NCBI GenBank assembly: GCA_028711995.1
Contig: JAQTRE010000001.1
Coordinates: 33,799 to 97,798, forward strand
Length of the DNA: 64,000 bases
Direction of reading: 5' to 3'
Origin: Dehalococcoidia bacterium
GTDB lineage: Bacteria > Chloroflexota > Dehalococcoidia > SZUA-161 > SpSt-899
Position 1 is the first letter of the stretch, and every line of letters starts with the position of its first letter. Below, in pieces: positions 46,713 through 56,802 of this stretch. A program made the translations under genes and the position numbers. The notes beneath the pieces were generated by a model. That model made no database searches. It was not told the origin of the DNA and saw nothing but the letters and a program-made list of their open reading frames with translations.

Positions 46713-47570
46713 TCAGAAATAAAAAGACAGACCGACCATAGGTCCGGTCTGGCAGGAAACCATAGGGGTGACTTGGCTCATATAGAGTTCCGCACAGTTG
46801 AATTCAGCCGCCAGCATTTCCTTCAGCTTTTCGCCTTTGCTGAGATCGTCGGAATAGTGAACGATGATGTGCGCCGGTTTGTCGGGAAGCGCATATCTGA
46901 GAGTTATCTCAATCAACCGAGCCATTGCCTTGGGCGTGGTTCTTACTCTATCGGAAAAATCAAGGATTCCGGTCAAATTCATCATCCCGATAACCGGCTT
47001 CATTTGAATCAGATTGGCCAGCGTCCCGGCAAACTTGGGAGCCCGGCCGCCCTTGATAAGATAGGTCAAGGTCTCCAGCGCCATCAGCCACTTTACCCTC
47101 GGAATCATGTCCTGAACGGTTTCAATGATCTCGGAGAGGCTCTTATCGGCATGCGCCGCTCGGGCTGCTTCCAGCACCATCATTCCCTGTGCGCCGACAA
47201 CGGTTCGAGTATCCACCACCTCTATGATGGTATCGGCCAGTTCCTGCTTGGCCATCTCTCTGGCCTGCATCAGCGAGTTGTAGGTCACTCCCAGATCGCT
47301 CGAATGAGGCAAACACAAGATTTTATCAGTGCTCCTGGCCAGGTCTTTGAAGATGTCCATAAAAGTCCCGGGAGCAATACCGCTTGTCGAAGAAGTGTTC
47401 TTGGGGTCCTTTTGCAGTTTGTAGAACTCGTCTGGTGTGATATCCACCCCGTCGCAATAGGTTTTTCCATTGACGATCACATTGATCGGAGCCACTCGGA
47501 TATCATACTCCCTAATAAACTCCGGAGGTAGGCAATTTCCGGTATCCGTTACAATCCCTACTCTAGGCAT
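46713..47570 (-). CDS. degV: DegV-family fatty-acid-binding protein
   Basis: MPRVGIVTDTGNCLPPEFIREYDIRVAPINV. Confidence 0.75.
   Translation of the reverse strand: MPRVGIVTDTGNCLPPEFIREYDIRVAPINVIVNGKTYCDGVDITPDEFYKLQKDPKNTSSTSGIAPGTFMDIFKDLARSTDKILCLPHSSDLGVTYNSLMQAREMAKQELADTIIEVVDTRTVVGAQGMMVLEAARAAHADKSLSEIIETVQDMIPRVKWLMALETLTYLIKGGRAPKFAGTLANLIQMKPVIGMMNLTGILDFSDRVRTTPKAMARLIEITLRYALPDKPAHIIVHYSDDLSKGEKLKEMLAAEFNCAELYMSQVTPMVSCQTGPMVGLSFYF
46716..46751 (-). terminator. Terminator hairpin plus U tract overlapping the last codons of degV
   Basis: Stem CAGACCGGACC/GGTCGGTCTG followed by UCUUUUUAUUU on the minus strand; the U tract encodes SFYF-stop. Confidence 0.45.
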
Positions 47571-47719
47571 TATGAATCTCCTAATTAGGCAACCTTTGAT
47601 TAAGTGCTTTCAACCCCCTAGCCCCCAATCTTGGGGGAAGGTTGAAGAATTCGGGGGACACCCCCCGAACCCCCGGCAGGAGGAATCCTGCACCATTTGA
47701 TCAGAGGTTCCTCAGTTTA

Positions 47720-48469
47720 TTATCCGACGCCGCCGTCAATGCCGATCACCTGAGCCGTAATGTAGCCCGCCCGTTCGCCAGCTAGGAACGCCACCAGTTC
47801 AGCCACCTCGTCTGCCATGCCGAAACGTTGCAGCGGAATTCTGGAGAGAATGGAGTCTTTGATCTCTTGATGCAACATTGAAGTCATATCGGAAACGATG
47901 AAACCGGGGGCAACCGCATTAACCGTTATGTTTCGCGAACCGACCTCCCTGGCGATGCTCTTGGTGAAAGCAATAAGTCCGCCTTTGGCAGCCGAGTAGT
48001 TGGCCTGTCCGGGGCTTCCCGTTACTCCGGCAACCGAGGAGATATTGATAATCCGCCCCCATGACCGATCCATCATCGATCGCAGCGCAAATCTGGTGCA
48101 AAGATAAGCGCCTCGCAGATGGGTGTTGATGACTGTATCCCATGCTTCATCAGACATTCGGGGCAAGAGTCCGTCCCTGGTTATGCCGGCATTATTGACC
48201 AGAATATCGATGTGGCCCCACTTTTCGATGATTTCTCTGGTCATGGCTTTCACCGCTTTGCTATCGGAGACATCCGCCTTGACCAGCATCACCTCGCTTC
48301 CCATTGCTTCGATCTGGGAAACCACCTGCATGGCCGCTTCATCATTGGAGAGATAATTGACCGCCACTCTGGAGCCCTGAGAAGCCAGCTTGAGGGCAAT
48401 CGCCTTCCCCAAACCTCTGGAAGCGCCCGTGACCAGGGAAACCCTGCCGCTCAGTTCTCGTTCCATCAC
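47720..48469 (-). CDS. fabG: 3-oxoacyl-ACP reductase
   Basis: SDR with TGASRGLGKAIA and YSAAK. Confidence 0.8.
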   Translation of the reverse strand: MMERELSGRVSLVTGASRGLGKAIALKLASQGSRVAVNYLSNDEAAMQVVSQIEAMGSEVMLVKADVSDSKAVKAMTREIIEKWGHIDILVNNAGITRDGLLPRMSDEAWDTVINTHLRGAYLCTRFALRSMMDRSWGRIINISSVAGVTGSPGQANYSAAKGGLIAFTKSIAREVGSRNITVNAVAPGFIVSDMTSMLHQEIKDSILSRIPLQRFGMADEVAELVAFLAGERAGYITAQVIGIDGGVG

Positions 48470-48470
48470 T

Positions 48471-49715
48471 CTAAGCTCGCTTTATAACCAGACTGCAATT
48501 CTGCCCGCCGAGGCCGAAGGAGTTGGAAAGGCACACGTTCACTTCCTGCCGACGGGCTGTGTTGGGAACATAATCGAGATCGCATTCCGGGTCAGGGGTC
48601 TGATAATTGATCGTCGGGGGGATGATGCCGTTGCGAATCGTCAAAACGGAGGCCACCGCCTCAACCGATCCGGCCGCGCAGGCCAGATGCCCGATCATGG
48701 ATTTATTGGCGCTCATCGGTATCTGATAAGCCTTTTTTCCGAACACCAGCTTGACCGCCTTGGTCTCACCGGCATCGTTCAGCTTGGTGCTGGTACCATG
48801 GGCATTGATGTAATCGACTTCCTCCGGCGATACCCCGGCGTCTTCCAGGGCCAGCTTCATCGCCACGGCCTCCATCTCAGGATCGGGCGCGGTTTCACTG
48901 AAGGCATCAAAGGACCATCCGGCTCCGCCCACTTCGGCCAGAATCGTGGCACCGCGTGCTTGGGCATGTTCGTATGATTCCAGGATCAATATTCCCGCGC
49001 CTTCAGCGATGACAAAACCGTCTCGATTGAGATCAAACGGCCGGCAAGCCGTTTTCGGGTCCAGACTTCTGGTCAGGGCACCGACGATGCCCAGACTGGC
49101 CACAGATATCGGGGTTACCTGCGCCTCTGCTCCCCCGGTGATCATCACATCGGCGCGGCCAAACCGGATATAATTCATGGCCACACCGATGGAATCGCTG
49201 CCGCTGGCGCAGGCGCTGGCAATACTGGTATTCGGCCCCTTGGCCCCAATCTCAAGCCCGACCTGAGCCGGAACCATGTGGGCAGACATCTTGGCGATCA
49301 ACAGAGGGTCGACCCGCATCGGCCCCCGCCTTCTGAGCACCTCGCCCTGTTCATCGATCAGAGATATCATGCCCGCTGTGGCGATGACCACCCCCACCCT
49401 CTGGGCATTCTCTTTGGACATCTCCAGCCCGGCCGATTCGATGGCCATCCGGGTGGCGGCAATGGCAAAGTGGGTGCACCTGGAAGTGCGATCAACCCTC
49501 TTGATGTTCATGTACTGGGCCGGATCGAACCCCTTGACCTCACCAGCCACCTTTACCGGGTATTTGCTGGCATCAAACGCCGTGATCGGGCCAATGCCCG
49601 ATCTGCCCTCCACCAACCCTTGCCAGTATTCTTCAACCGTCAGACCTATGGGAGTTACCACCCCCAAACCGGTTATCACTACTCTTCTTCCCATGTTTTG
49701 CATAAGTTCCACCAT
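48471..49715 (-). CDS. fabF: 3-oxoacyl-ACP synthase II
   Basis: KAS with active-site Cys (ASACASG) and the His/His region. Confidence 0.9.
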   Translation of the reverse strand: MVELMQNMGRRVVITGLGVVTPIGLTVEEYWQGLVEGRSGIGPITAFDASKYPVKVAGEVKGFDPAQYMNIKRVDRTSRCTHFAIAATRMAIESAGLEMSKENAQRVGVVIATAGMISLIDEQGEVLRRRGPMRVDPLLIAKMSAHMVPAQVGLEIGAKGPNTSIASACASGSDSIGVAMNYIRFGRADVMITGGAEAQVTPISVASLGIVGALTRSLDPKTACRPFDLNRDGFVIAEGAGILILESYEHAQARGATILAEVGGAGWSFDAFSETAPDPEMEAVAMKLALEDAGVSPEEVDYINAHGTSTKLNDAGETKAVKLVFGKKAYQIPMSANKSMIGHLACAAGSVEAVASVLTIRNGIIPPTINYQTPDPECDLDYVPNTARRQEVNVCLSNSFGLGGQNCSLVIKRA

Positions 49716-49749
49716 TATTCCCTATATCTGCTTCAATCGTGAGGACAAG

Positions 49750-50526
49750 CTAACAAGGCTTATCCGGAATCGTCTGCACCAGGGAGGAACCGCCATCCAC
49801 GGTTATCACCTGTCCTCGGATCATGAATGCCTGATCGCTGCAGAGAAACGCCACGGCATTGGCGATATCTTCCGGCTCGACCATCCGCCCCACCGGGGTA
49901 CGGCACCACACAGGGGGAAGCCCTTCTCCACCGGAGAGAATCCTGATAGCTTCGGTTTCCACAGCGCTGGCGGCAACTGCGTTCACCGAAATGCCCTTTG
50001 GAGCAAGCTCAACAGCGAGATATCGGGTGACGGTTTCCAGAGCTGCCTTGGAAGCACCGATGGCTGTATAGGAAGGCAAAACAAAGCGGGAACCCAAGCT
50101 GGTGATGCTGATCATCTTGCCCCCGTCTTTCATCAGCGGCACCGACTTCTGGGCGCAGAGCAGAAAGGCTCGAGCATTAATGTTCATCGCCCAGTCCCAG
50201 CCGCGCGTATCCAAGTCCAGAGCGGAGCGAGCCACACCGGAGGCGGCATTGCTGATCAGGATATCCAAACGCCCAAACTTCTCGGTTATTTCGGCGAACA
50301 TGCGGCTAACCTTCTCTTCATCCCCCACATCCGCCTTGATGAGGTGAGCCCTCACGCCTTTCTTGCGGGCTTCTTCCGCAGTGGCCTCAGCCGTATCGCG
50401 CTTTCGGAAGTAGTTGATAACAACATCGGCCCCTTCGGCAGCGAGTCTCAGCGTGATCGCCCGACCGATGCCCCGGGAGCCGCCGGTAATCAGGGCTACT
50501 TTCCCTTTAAGAGAATCGCTGCTCAT
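49750..50526 (-). CDS. fabL: SDR-type enoyl-ACP reductase (FabL-like)
   Basis: Close by-eye match to B. subtilis FabL over VINY...AEE..K.GV.....KA.VG......MF..I.E.FGRLD....NAASG. Confidence 0.6.
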   Translation of the reverse strand: MSSDSLKGKVALITGGSRGIGRAITLRLAAEGADVVINYFRKRDTAEATAEEARKKGVRAHLIKADVGDEEKVSRMFAEITEKFGRLDILISNAASGVARSALDLDTRGWDWAMNINARAFLLCAQKSVPLMKDGGKMISITSLGSRFVLPSYTAIGASKAALETVTRYLAVELAPKGISVNAVAASAVETEAIRILSGGEGLPPVWCRTPVGRMVEPEDIANAVAFLCSDQAFMIRGQVITVDGGSSLVQTIPDKPC

Positions 50527-50762
50527 CCCTTCTCAGCAACCTTGCGTTCAACATAAGCGATGATATCGCCCATATTGGCGATGGCCTTCAGGTCTTCATC
50601 CGGTATTTCAATATTGAAACTATCTTCCAGGGCCACCAGTATCTGGACGACATCCAGAGAATCGGCTTCCAGGTCCTTAAAGGTAGTGGTCGGTTTAAAA
50701 TCAAACCCCTCTTTGCGCACGATCTTGAGGACGGTTTTCTTGACGGTCTCTTCAATCGACAT
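50523..50762 (-). CDS. acpP: Acyl carrier protein
   Basis: DLEADSLDVVQILVALE phosphopantetheine site. Confidence 0.85.
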   Translation of the reverse strand: MSIEETVKKTVLKIVRKEGFDFKPTTTFKDLEADSLDVVQILVALEDSFNIEIPDEDLKAIANMGDIIAYVERKVAEKG

Positions 50763-50779
50763 ATCGAACTCCTCAGTGA

Positions 50780-51772
50780 TTATTGCACTTTGCTGCGAGC
50801 CGCAGCAAGCTCGCTCCTGAGAGCGCCCACAAGGTCCATCTCCACGGCCGCTTTTGCTTGGGCAATGGCCCGGGCGATCTCGACAGCCTTGCTTCGCCCA
50901 TGAGCCACAATGGCTACCCCGTTAACCGCCCACAAGGGGCCCCCCCCGGAAGCATCGGCCTGATTGGTGGCCAGGACCAGCTTATCGGCCAGCTCTTTGA
51001 CTTCGTTCCGGGGTAATTTGCCTTCCAGTTCGGCCTCAAGCCATCCGGCAACCGTCCTCCCCAGAGATTCACAAAACTTAACCAGAACATTGCCCACAAA
51101 ACCATCGCAAACGATCACATTCGCCCGCCCCAGAGGCAGATCGGATCCTTCGACATTACCGATAAAATTAAGCCCCGATTTCTTAAACAGGGCGTAGGCT
51201 TCTCTGACATGCTCGTTACCCTTGCCTTCCTCTGCCCCGTTGCTCAAGAGCGCCACCGTGGGATTCTCGATACCCAATACTTTCCGAGTATAGACGGCTC
51301 CAACGATGGCAAAATCGAGGAGCTGATCCGGTCGGCAATCCACATTCCCGCCTACGTCCATCAACACCGTATTCGGCGCAAAAGCCAGGAAATTCCCGCC
51401 AACCACCGGGCGCGCTATTCCCTCCATACTGCCCAGAATCTGAAGCGCGGCGGCGACCACCCCACCTGTTGGTCCCGCACCGATGACTGCATCGGCCTTC
51501 CCTTCTTTCACCAGCCTGGTGGCTACCGCAATCGAGGCATTTCGTTTGGTGCGCAGAGCAAAAGCGGGATGCTCGCCTTCCTGCAGGTACTCATTCGTCG
51601 CCACGATTTCAATGCTGCTACACCCACCCTGATTGGCAAGCTCACGTGCAATCAATTGCTCCGGGCCGACAAGGATAACTCCAACCCCTTGCTCCCTGGT
51701 GCCAAGAATCGCCCCTTTCACAATCTCTTCAGGGGCATAATCGCCGCCCATGGCGTCAATGGCTACCTTCAT
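50780..51772 (-). CDS. plsX: Phosphate acyltransferase PlsX
   Basis: MKVAIDAMGGDYAP. The start was set at the ATG that overlaps the upstream stop. Confidence 0.85.
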   Translation of the reverse strand: MKVAIDAMGGDYAPEEIVKGAILGTREQGVGVILVGPEQLIARELANQGGCSSIEIVATNEYLQEGEHPAFALRTKRNASIAVATRLVKEGKADAVIGAGPTGGVVAAALQILGSMEGIARPVVGGNFLAFAPNTVLMDVGGNVDCRPDQLLDFAIVGAVYTRKVLGIENPTVALLSNGAEEGKGNEHVREAYALFKKSGLNFIGNVEGSDLPLGRANVIVCDGFVGNVLVKFCESLGRTVAGWLEAELEGKLPRNEVKELADKLVLATNQADASGGGPLWAVNGVAIVAHGRSKAVEIARAIAQAKAAVEMDLVGALRSELAAARSKVQ

Positions 51773-52206
51773 GGCTCCTCCGTCTTGAGCACCGCTTCTC
51801 CGCTGACAATGGATTCCCCTTTTTGATTCTGGCAAAGGACCTCGCACTTGATGACAACCCGGCTGCCGTTTCGTTCAATCTGACGCACTTTGCCGCTCAC
51901 CGTGACGGTATCGCCTGGCCGGGCAGGGGATTTGAAGCGGATGTCCAGACGGCCGCCGGTGAGCCACACCCGCCCGAAGGTCATCGTCATCAGGTGCGAA
52001 ACGTAAGCCATGATCAGCATGCCATGGGCAATCGTGCCTCCCAGGGGAGTCTGACGGGCAAAGTCTTGATCGATGTGGATGGGATTGAAATCCCGGCTGG
52101 CCTCGGCATAGAGGTTGATGTTCTCCTGGAGGATGTCCCGGGTGATCAGCCCAAGGACCATTCCTTCTTCCCACTCCGATATCTTCAGCATGGCCTCGTG
52201 TTCCAT
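51769..52206 (-). CDS. MaoC-like hot-dog (R)-hydratase/dehydratase subunit
   Basis: Hot-dog fold; YAEASRDFNPIHID motif. Confidence 0.65.
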   Translation of the reverse strand: MEHEAMLKISEWEEGMVLGLITRDILQENINLYAEASRDFNPIHIDQDFARQTPLGGTIAHGMLIMAYVSHLMTMTFGRVWLTGGRLDIRFKSPARPGDTVTVSGKVRQIERNGSRVVIKCEVLCQNQKGESIVSGEAVLKTEEP

Positions 52207-52214
52207 CTGTTTTT

Positions 52215-52646
52215 CTAATCAGACTGGGGCAGGATGAAACTGCTCTTGCCCTTCATTATCGTTTTAGAGTCCCGGTCAAGAACTTCAATATCTATATTAA
52301 GGAGACGCATCTTCCCCCGCTCCTGCTTCCGGCTCACCCGCGCGCGGCTGGTGAGCGTATCGCACACCCGTGCAATCCCCACGAATTCGAGTTCCTGAGA
52401 GATATGGATGGTTCCCGGAAGCAACACGATCTTCTCGGCAAGCGCCGCCTGAGCGCAGGCAGCTATGGCTGAAGGGGGAACGAGTGACGTTTCCTGATAC
52501 AAATTGCTGGTCTCGCCTACGGCTCCCAAATAGAGGGCGATCCTTGACGCCTCCAGGTTGATGCTCGCCGGAGGGAATTGGTACCCCACCTCTATCTGGT
52601 GAAATTCAACCTTCTTTTCCGGAGGCAGCATGAATGGATTTGTCAT
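52215..52646 (-). CDS. Hot-dog fold protein; probable partner subunit in a HadAB-like heterodimeric dehydratase
   Basis: Adjacent to the MaoC gene and of similar size; weak motif. Confidence 0.45.
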   Translation of the reverse strand: MTNPFMLPPEKKVEFHQIEVGYQFPPASINLEASRIALYLGAVGETSNLYQETSLVPPSAIAACAQAALAEKIVLLPGTIHISQELEFVGIARVCDTLTSRARVSRKQERGKMRLLNIDIEVLDRDSKTIMKGKSSFILPQSD

Positions 52647-52770
52647 GACCTTACGCCGATTGTAGAGAACCTTGAAGCTGATGTCAAGCCAGCGTATCCT
52701 TGACACCATCCCCCGAAACCCCTAGAATTCTGATGGAACAAACTCTGCGATTTTTCCCATATCTGCAAAG

Positions 52771-53715
52771 ATGAGTGTAGCAGACGAATTAGCCGCAATT
52801 CAACCGGCGCGAGAAATGGCTCTGACCATCGGAGTTTTCGATGGCGTTCACCCGGGACACCAACACCTCATCAACCGATTGAAAGAGAAATCGGTTGAAA
52901 TGGGTCTCTTGAGCGGCGTTATCACCTTCAGCTGGCATCCCAAAGCACTTCTAGCCCCGCAGACAGAGCTGCCCTATCTGACCAGTCTGGAGGAGCGGAT
53001 CCGGCTCATCAAGGCGCTGGGAATCGATCACGTTATCGTTCTATCCTTCACGTCCGAACTCTCCCAGCTCACAGCGCGGGAGTTTGTCATATTGATGCAA
53101 AAGCACCTCAAGATGCGCGCCCTGGTGATCGGCCCTGATTTTGCTCTCGGCAAAGGCCGCGAGGGGAACTTCGACTATCTCAGTTCCCTGGGAAAAGAGC
53201 TCAACTTCACCGTAGACGCCGTTCACCCCATCAAGCTGGGTGAAAAGGTCATCAGCAGCACGGCCATCCGCCGAGCGCTGGCCAAGGGCGATGTAGAGAA
53301 TGTGTCCCAGTTGCTGGGCAGGCGCTTTCGGCTGAGCGGAACGGTTGTTCACGGGGATCATCGCGGCGGCAAGCTCCTGGGATTTCCGACCACCAATCTG
53401 AGCGTTGTCAGCAACAGCGCGCTACCGGCCGATGGCGCCTACGTCACACTGGCTCACACCGGCAGAAAGACTCATAAAGCGGTGACCAACATCGGGGTGA
53501 GGCCAACTTTCGGCAAAAGCGCTCGAACCATTGAAACCCATATCCTCGATTTCAAAGGCAATCTCTACGATCATGCCTTCAGCATCGAATTCGTCAAGCG
53601 GCTCCGGGGAGAGATCAAGTTCGACTCCCTGGATAAACTCAAGGAACAAATCAGGACCGATATTTTGACGGCAAGGTCAACGAAAATCGAAAGATCAGCA
53701 GGATACAGCCGATGA
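52771..53715 (+). CDS. ribF: Bifunctional riboflavin kinase / FAD synthetase
   Basis: GVFDGVHPGHQHLI and the C-terminal riboflavin-kinase region. Confidence 0.85.
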   Translation: MSVADELAAIQPAREMALTIGVFDGVHPGHQHLINRLKEKSVEMGLLSGVITFSWHPKALLAPQTELPYLTSLEERIRLIKALGIDHVIVLSFTSELSQLTAREFVILMQKHLKMRALVIGPDFALGKGREGNFDYLSSLGKELNFTVDAVHPIKLGEKVISSTAIRRALAKGDVENVSQLLGRRFRLSGTVVHGDHRGGKLLGFPTTNLSVVSNSALPADGAYVTLAHTGRKTHKAVTNIGVRPTFGKSARTIETHILDFKGNLYDHAFSIEFVKRLRGEIKFDSLDKLKEQIRTDILTARSTKIERSAGYSR

Positions 53716-54902
53716 GCAAAGAAATCGACCGCATATTGAAAAGAGGCGTCAGCGAGATCATCGTCGAAGAGGAACTCAGACGGATGCTGGAAACGGGAAA
53801 ACCCCTCCGTCTGAAGGAAGGCTTCGACCCCAGCCGACCCGATATCCATCTGGGCCATGTAGTCGGACTCAGGAAGCTGCGACAGTTTCAGGAACTGGGC
53901 CATCAGGTGGTGCTCATCGTGGGAGACTGGACAGCGCAGATCGGCGATCCCAGCGGCCAATCCCAGACTCGCAATATGCTCACTGCCGAAGAGGTGCGAG
54001 CCAATGCTGAGACGTATATGCAGCAATTCTTCAAGGTGGTCGACCGCGAGAAGACAGAAGTCCGATGGCAGAGCGAATGGTTCGGGAATTTCAACCTGGC
54101 CGATGTCATCCGCCTCACCAGCAAGTTCACCGTGGCCCAGATCATGGCGCGAGAGGACTTCGCCAGCAGACAGGCGGCCGGAAAACCCATCGGCATCACG
54201 GAGCTTCTGTACCCATTACTCCAGGCCTACGATTCGGTGATGATCAAAGCGGATGTGGAGTTCGGGGGAACCGATCAAAAGTTCAACTGCCTCATGGGGC
54301 GCGAACTTCAGCAAATGGTCGGCCAGCGCCCGCAGCAGGTTTTCTTCATGCCGCTCCTGGTGGGCACCGACGGCAAGATGAAGATGTCCAAGAGCCTGGG
54401 GAATTATATCGCCGTCACCGACCCGCCCAATGAAATGTACGGCAAGGTGATGTCCCTCCCGGATAATCTTCTGCTGGATTACTTCGAACTGATCACCGAT
54501 GTCCCCGATGAGGAGATAGCCGAATTCAAACAACAGCTTTCAAGCAATGCCATCAACCCAATGGTTTTGAAAAAGCGGCTGGCGCGGGAGATCATCGCCC
54601 AGTTCCACGATTCAAAGGCGGCGCAGGATGCCGATGTGCATTTCAGCTCCGTATTCCAGAAGGGGGATATCCCCAATGACATTCCCGAATTCGTGTTGGA
54701 TACTCACGAGAAGGCCGCCGATATAACGGAAATACTGGTGAAGGCTGACCTGGTGAAAAGTCGAGGGGAAGCCCGCAGGCTGCTGGCCCAGGATGCCATC
54801 CAAGTGGATGGAGAGAAAGTGACCGCCCCTCTGATTACCCTGAAAGACGGCAGCATCATCAAAGTCGGCAAGCGGCGGTGGCTCAAGATCGTTGCCAGAT
54901 AG
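53712..54902 (+). CDS. tyrS: Tyrosine--tRNA ligase
   Basis: HLGH (HIGH-like), GGTDQ and KMSKS motifs; C-terminal S4 domain. Confidence 0.8.
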   Translation: MSKEIDRILKRGVSEIIVEEELRRMLETGKPLRLKEGFDPSRPDIHLGHVVGLRKLRQFQELGHQVVLIVGDWTAQIGDPSGQSQTRNMLTAEEVRANAETYMQQFFKVVDREKTEVRWQSEWFGNFNLADVIRLTSKFTVAQIMAREDFASRQAAGKPIGITELLYPLLQAYDSVMIKADVEFGGTDQKFNCLMGRELQQMVGQRPQQVFFMPLLVGTDGKMKMSKSLGNYIAVTDPPNEMYGKVMSLPDNLLLDYFELITDVPDEEIAEFKQQLSSNAINPMVLKKRLAREIIAQFHDSKAAQDADVHFSSVFQKGDIPNDIPEFVLDTHEKAADITEILVKADLVKSRGEARRLLAQDAIQVDGEKVTAPLITLKDGSIIKVGKRRWLKIVAR

Positions 54903-54939
54903 AAAGAACTCAGATATCAAATAGAAGGAGCAATACCAC

Positions 54940-56499
54940 ATGAAATATCCAGAATACCCGGAGATGATGGCCAGATACCAGGAGAAGCGCAATAAGATCG
55001 AGCAGATGGGCGGTGCGGCTGCGGTCAAAAAGCAGCATGACGAAGGGAAGATGACGGCGCGGGAAAGAATTGAGTACTTCTTCGATCCGGGCACTTTCAC
55101 TGAGCTCAAGAAGTTTGTTGAACACCGGACTACCGCTTTCGGGCTGGGCAAGAAAGAAATTCCCGCCGAAGGAATCGTCACCGGCTTCGGCAAAGTGAAC
55201 GGCCGATACGTTGTTGCCAGCGCCGATGATTACACCTCCATGGCCGGAACGTTCGGCGAATACCACGGCAAGAAGCTTTCCATAGCCATCGATTTTGCCA
55301 AGGAGAAAGGCTGGCCTTTTGTGGGCATGAACGACTCCGCAGGTGCCCGGCTTCAGGAAGGACTGGATAGCCTGAACGCATATGGGTGGCTCTTCCGATC
55401 TCAGATACTGGCTTCCGGAATTGTCCCGCAGATCGCTCTGCTGATGGGGCCGTGTCTCGGTGGACAGGCGTATCATCCGGTCATGCAGGACTTCCTGTTC
55501 CAGTGCAAAAAGACGGGATTCATGGGAATCGCGGGGCCGGCATTTGTGGAGACTCAAACCGGAGAATCAATCAGCCTCGAAGAGCTTTGCGGCGTGACGG
55601 CTCAATGCGTGAAGTCAGGAAACGCCCATCTGGTCGCAGAGGATGATAAAGATTGTCTGGATAAGGCAAAAGAATTGCTCGGGCTCCTGCCCTCAAACAA
55701 CAAGGAGAAGGCTCCCGTATCTAAGTGCGATGATGATCCGGAGAGAGACATCCCCGATTTCGAGTCAATCGTACCGGCGCAGCCGTTCAAGCCTTTTGAT
55801 ATGCACCTGGTGATCAAGAGGATTTCGGATAACGGCTATTTCTTTGAGATCATGAAGATGCATGCCCGCAATGTGATCGTCGGTTTTGCCAAATTCAATG
55901 GCCGGACAACCGGCATAGTTGCCAGCCAGTCGACGTGGCTCGGCGGGGCCATCGACTGTGATGCTGCCGATAAGATCGCCCGGTTCGTCCGGTTCTGTGA
56001 TCTGTTCAGTATTCCGCTGGTCAATCTCCATGATACCCCGGCGTACATGATCGGCTCCGAGCAGGAATGGAGAGGGATTTTGCGCCACGGAGCGAAAACA
56101 CTTTATGCTTATATCGATGCCACCGTGCCCAAGATAACCGTGATCGTGCGCAAGTCTTTGGCCGGCGCTTATCTGGGTATGTGCTGCAAAGATACCGGTG
56201 CCGACTTTGTCTTTGCATGGCCCAATGCCAAAGTGACTGTGGTCGGAGCGGCATCGGCTGCCAGCATTATCTTTGCTAAGGAGATCAGGGAGTCTGCCGA
56301 TCCGGCGGCGACGAAGGAAAAGAGGATGCAGGAGTTCCTGGATACCTATGAGAATCCTTACCAGGGAGCCGCGCGAGGATTCATCGACGATATCATCATG
56401 CCCGGGGATACCCGCAAGCAGATCAATCGCGCTCTGGATATCCTGGAGAAGAAGAACGAGATCCGGCCCTGGAGAAAATACTCCAACATCAACATGTAG
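54940..56499 (+). CDS. Acyl-CoA carboxylase carboxyltransferase subunit (propionyl-CoA / methylmalonyl-CoA type)
   Basis: Two carboxyltransferase domains; N-terminus typical of PccB/MMDA. Confidence 0.8.
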   Translation: MKYPEYPEMMARYQEKRNKIEQMGGAAAVKKQHDEGKMTARERIEYFFDPGTFTELKKFVEHRTTAFGLGKKEIPAEGIVTGFGKVNGRYVVASADDYTSMAGTFGEYHGKKLSIAIDFAKEKGWPFVGMNDSAGARLQEGLDSLNAYGWLFRSQILASGIVPQIALLMGPCLGGQAYHPVMQDFLFQCKKTGFMGIAGPAFVETQTGESISLEELCGVTAQCVKSGNAHLVAEDDKDCLDKAKELLGLLPSNNKEKAPVSKCDDDPERDIPDFESIVPAQPFKPFDMHLVIKRISDNGYFFEIMKMHARNVIVGFAKFNGRTTGIVASQSTWLGGAIDCDAADKIARFVRFCDLFSIPLVNLHDTPAYMIGSEQEWRGILRHGAKTLYAYIDATVPKITVIVRKSLAGAYLGMCCKDTGADFVFAWPNAKVTVVGAASAASIIFAKEIRESADPAATKEKRMQEFLDTYENPYQGAARGFIDDIIMPGDTRKQINRALDILEKKNEIRPWRKYSNINM

Positions 56500-56644
56500 G
56501 GCGATCAGGACTCAGTTATCAGTTGTCAGTAGGGGCGACTCTTGGGGTCGCCCGCTCGGGAATCACGACCCTCACCTACCCTCTCCCCTGATGGGAGAGG
56601 GACTCAAGAGAGTGAATGGATTCTTCCCTTCCGGGATTTCAGGG

Positions 56645-56668
56645 CCTGCCCTGAGCTTGCCGAAGGGA
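56645..56668. repeat. Copy of the dispersed motif GCCTGCCCTGAGCTTGCCGAAGGG, within a GC-rich palindromic intergenic block (56570-56760)
   Basis: Matches 35601-35625 almost exactly. Neighbouring palindromes are CCCTCTCCCCTGATGGGAGAGGG and CCCGTTCACGGGAGAGGGGG. Confidence 0.55.
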
Positions 56669-56802
56669 GTGCCCCCCAACCGTCTTTTTCTTCCCCCTTT
56701 CCCGTTCACGGGAGAGGGGGACTGAGGGGGTGAGGGCGATTCCCCCAACGATTGGGGCAAAAGACAAGCACCACACTACTACACAGACAAGGAAGTGACG
56801 CC

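Noticed and set aside
47571-47719. GC palindromes (CCCCCAATCTTGGGGG, CGGGGGACACCCCCCG) between fabG and degV as terminators
   Set aside because: The structures are plausible but lack clean U tracts on the transcribed strand, so they were not called.
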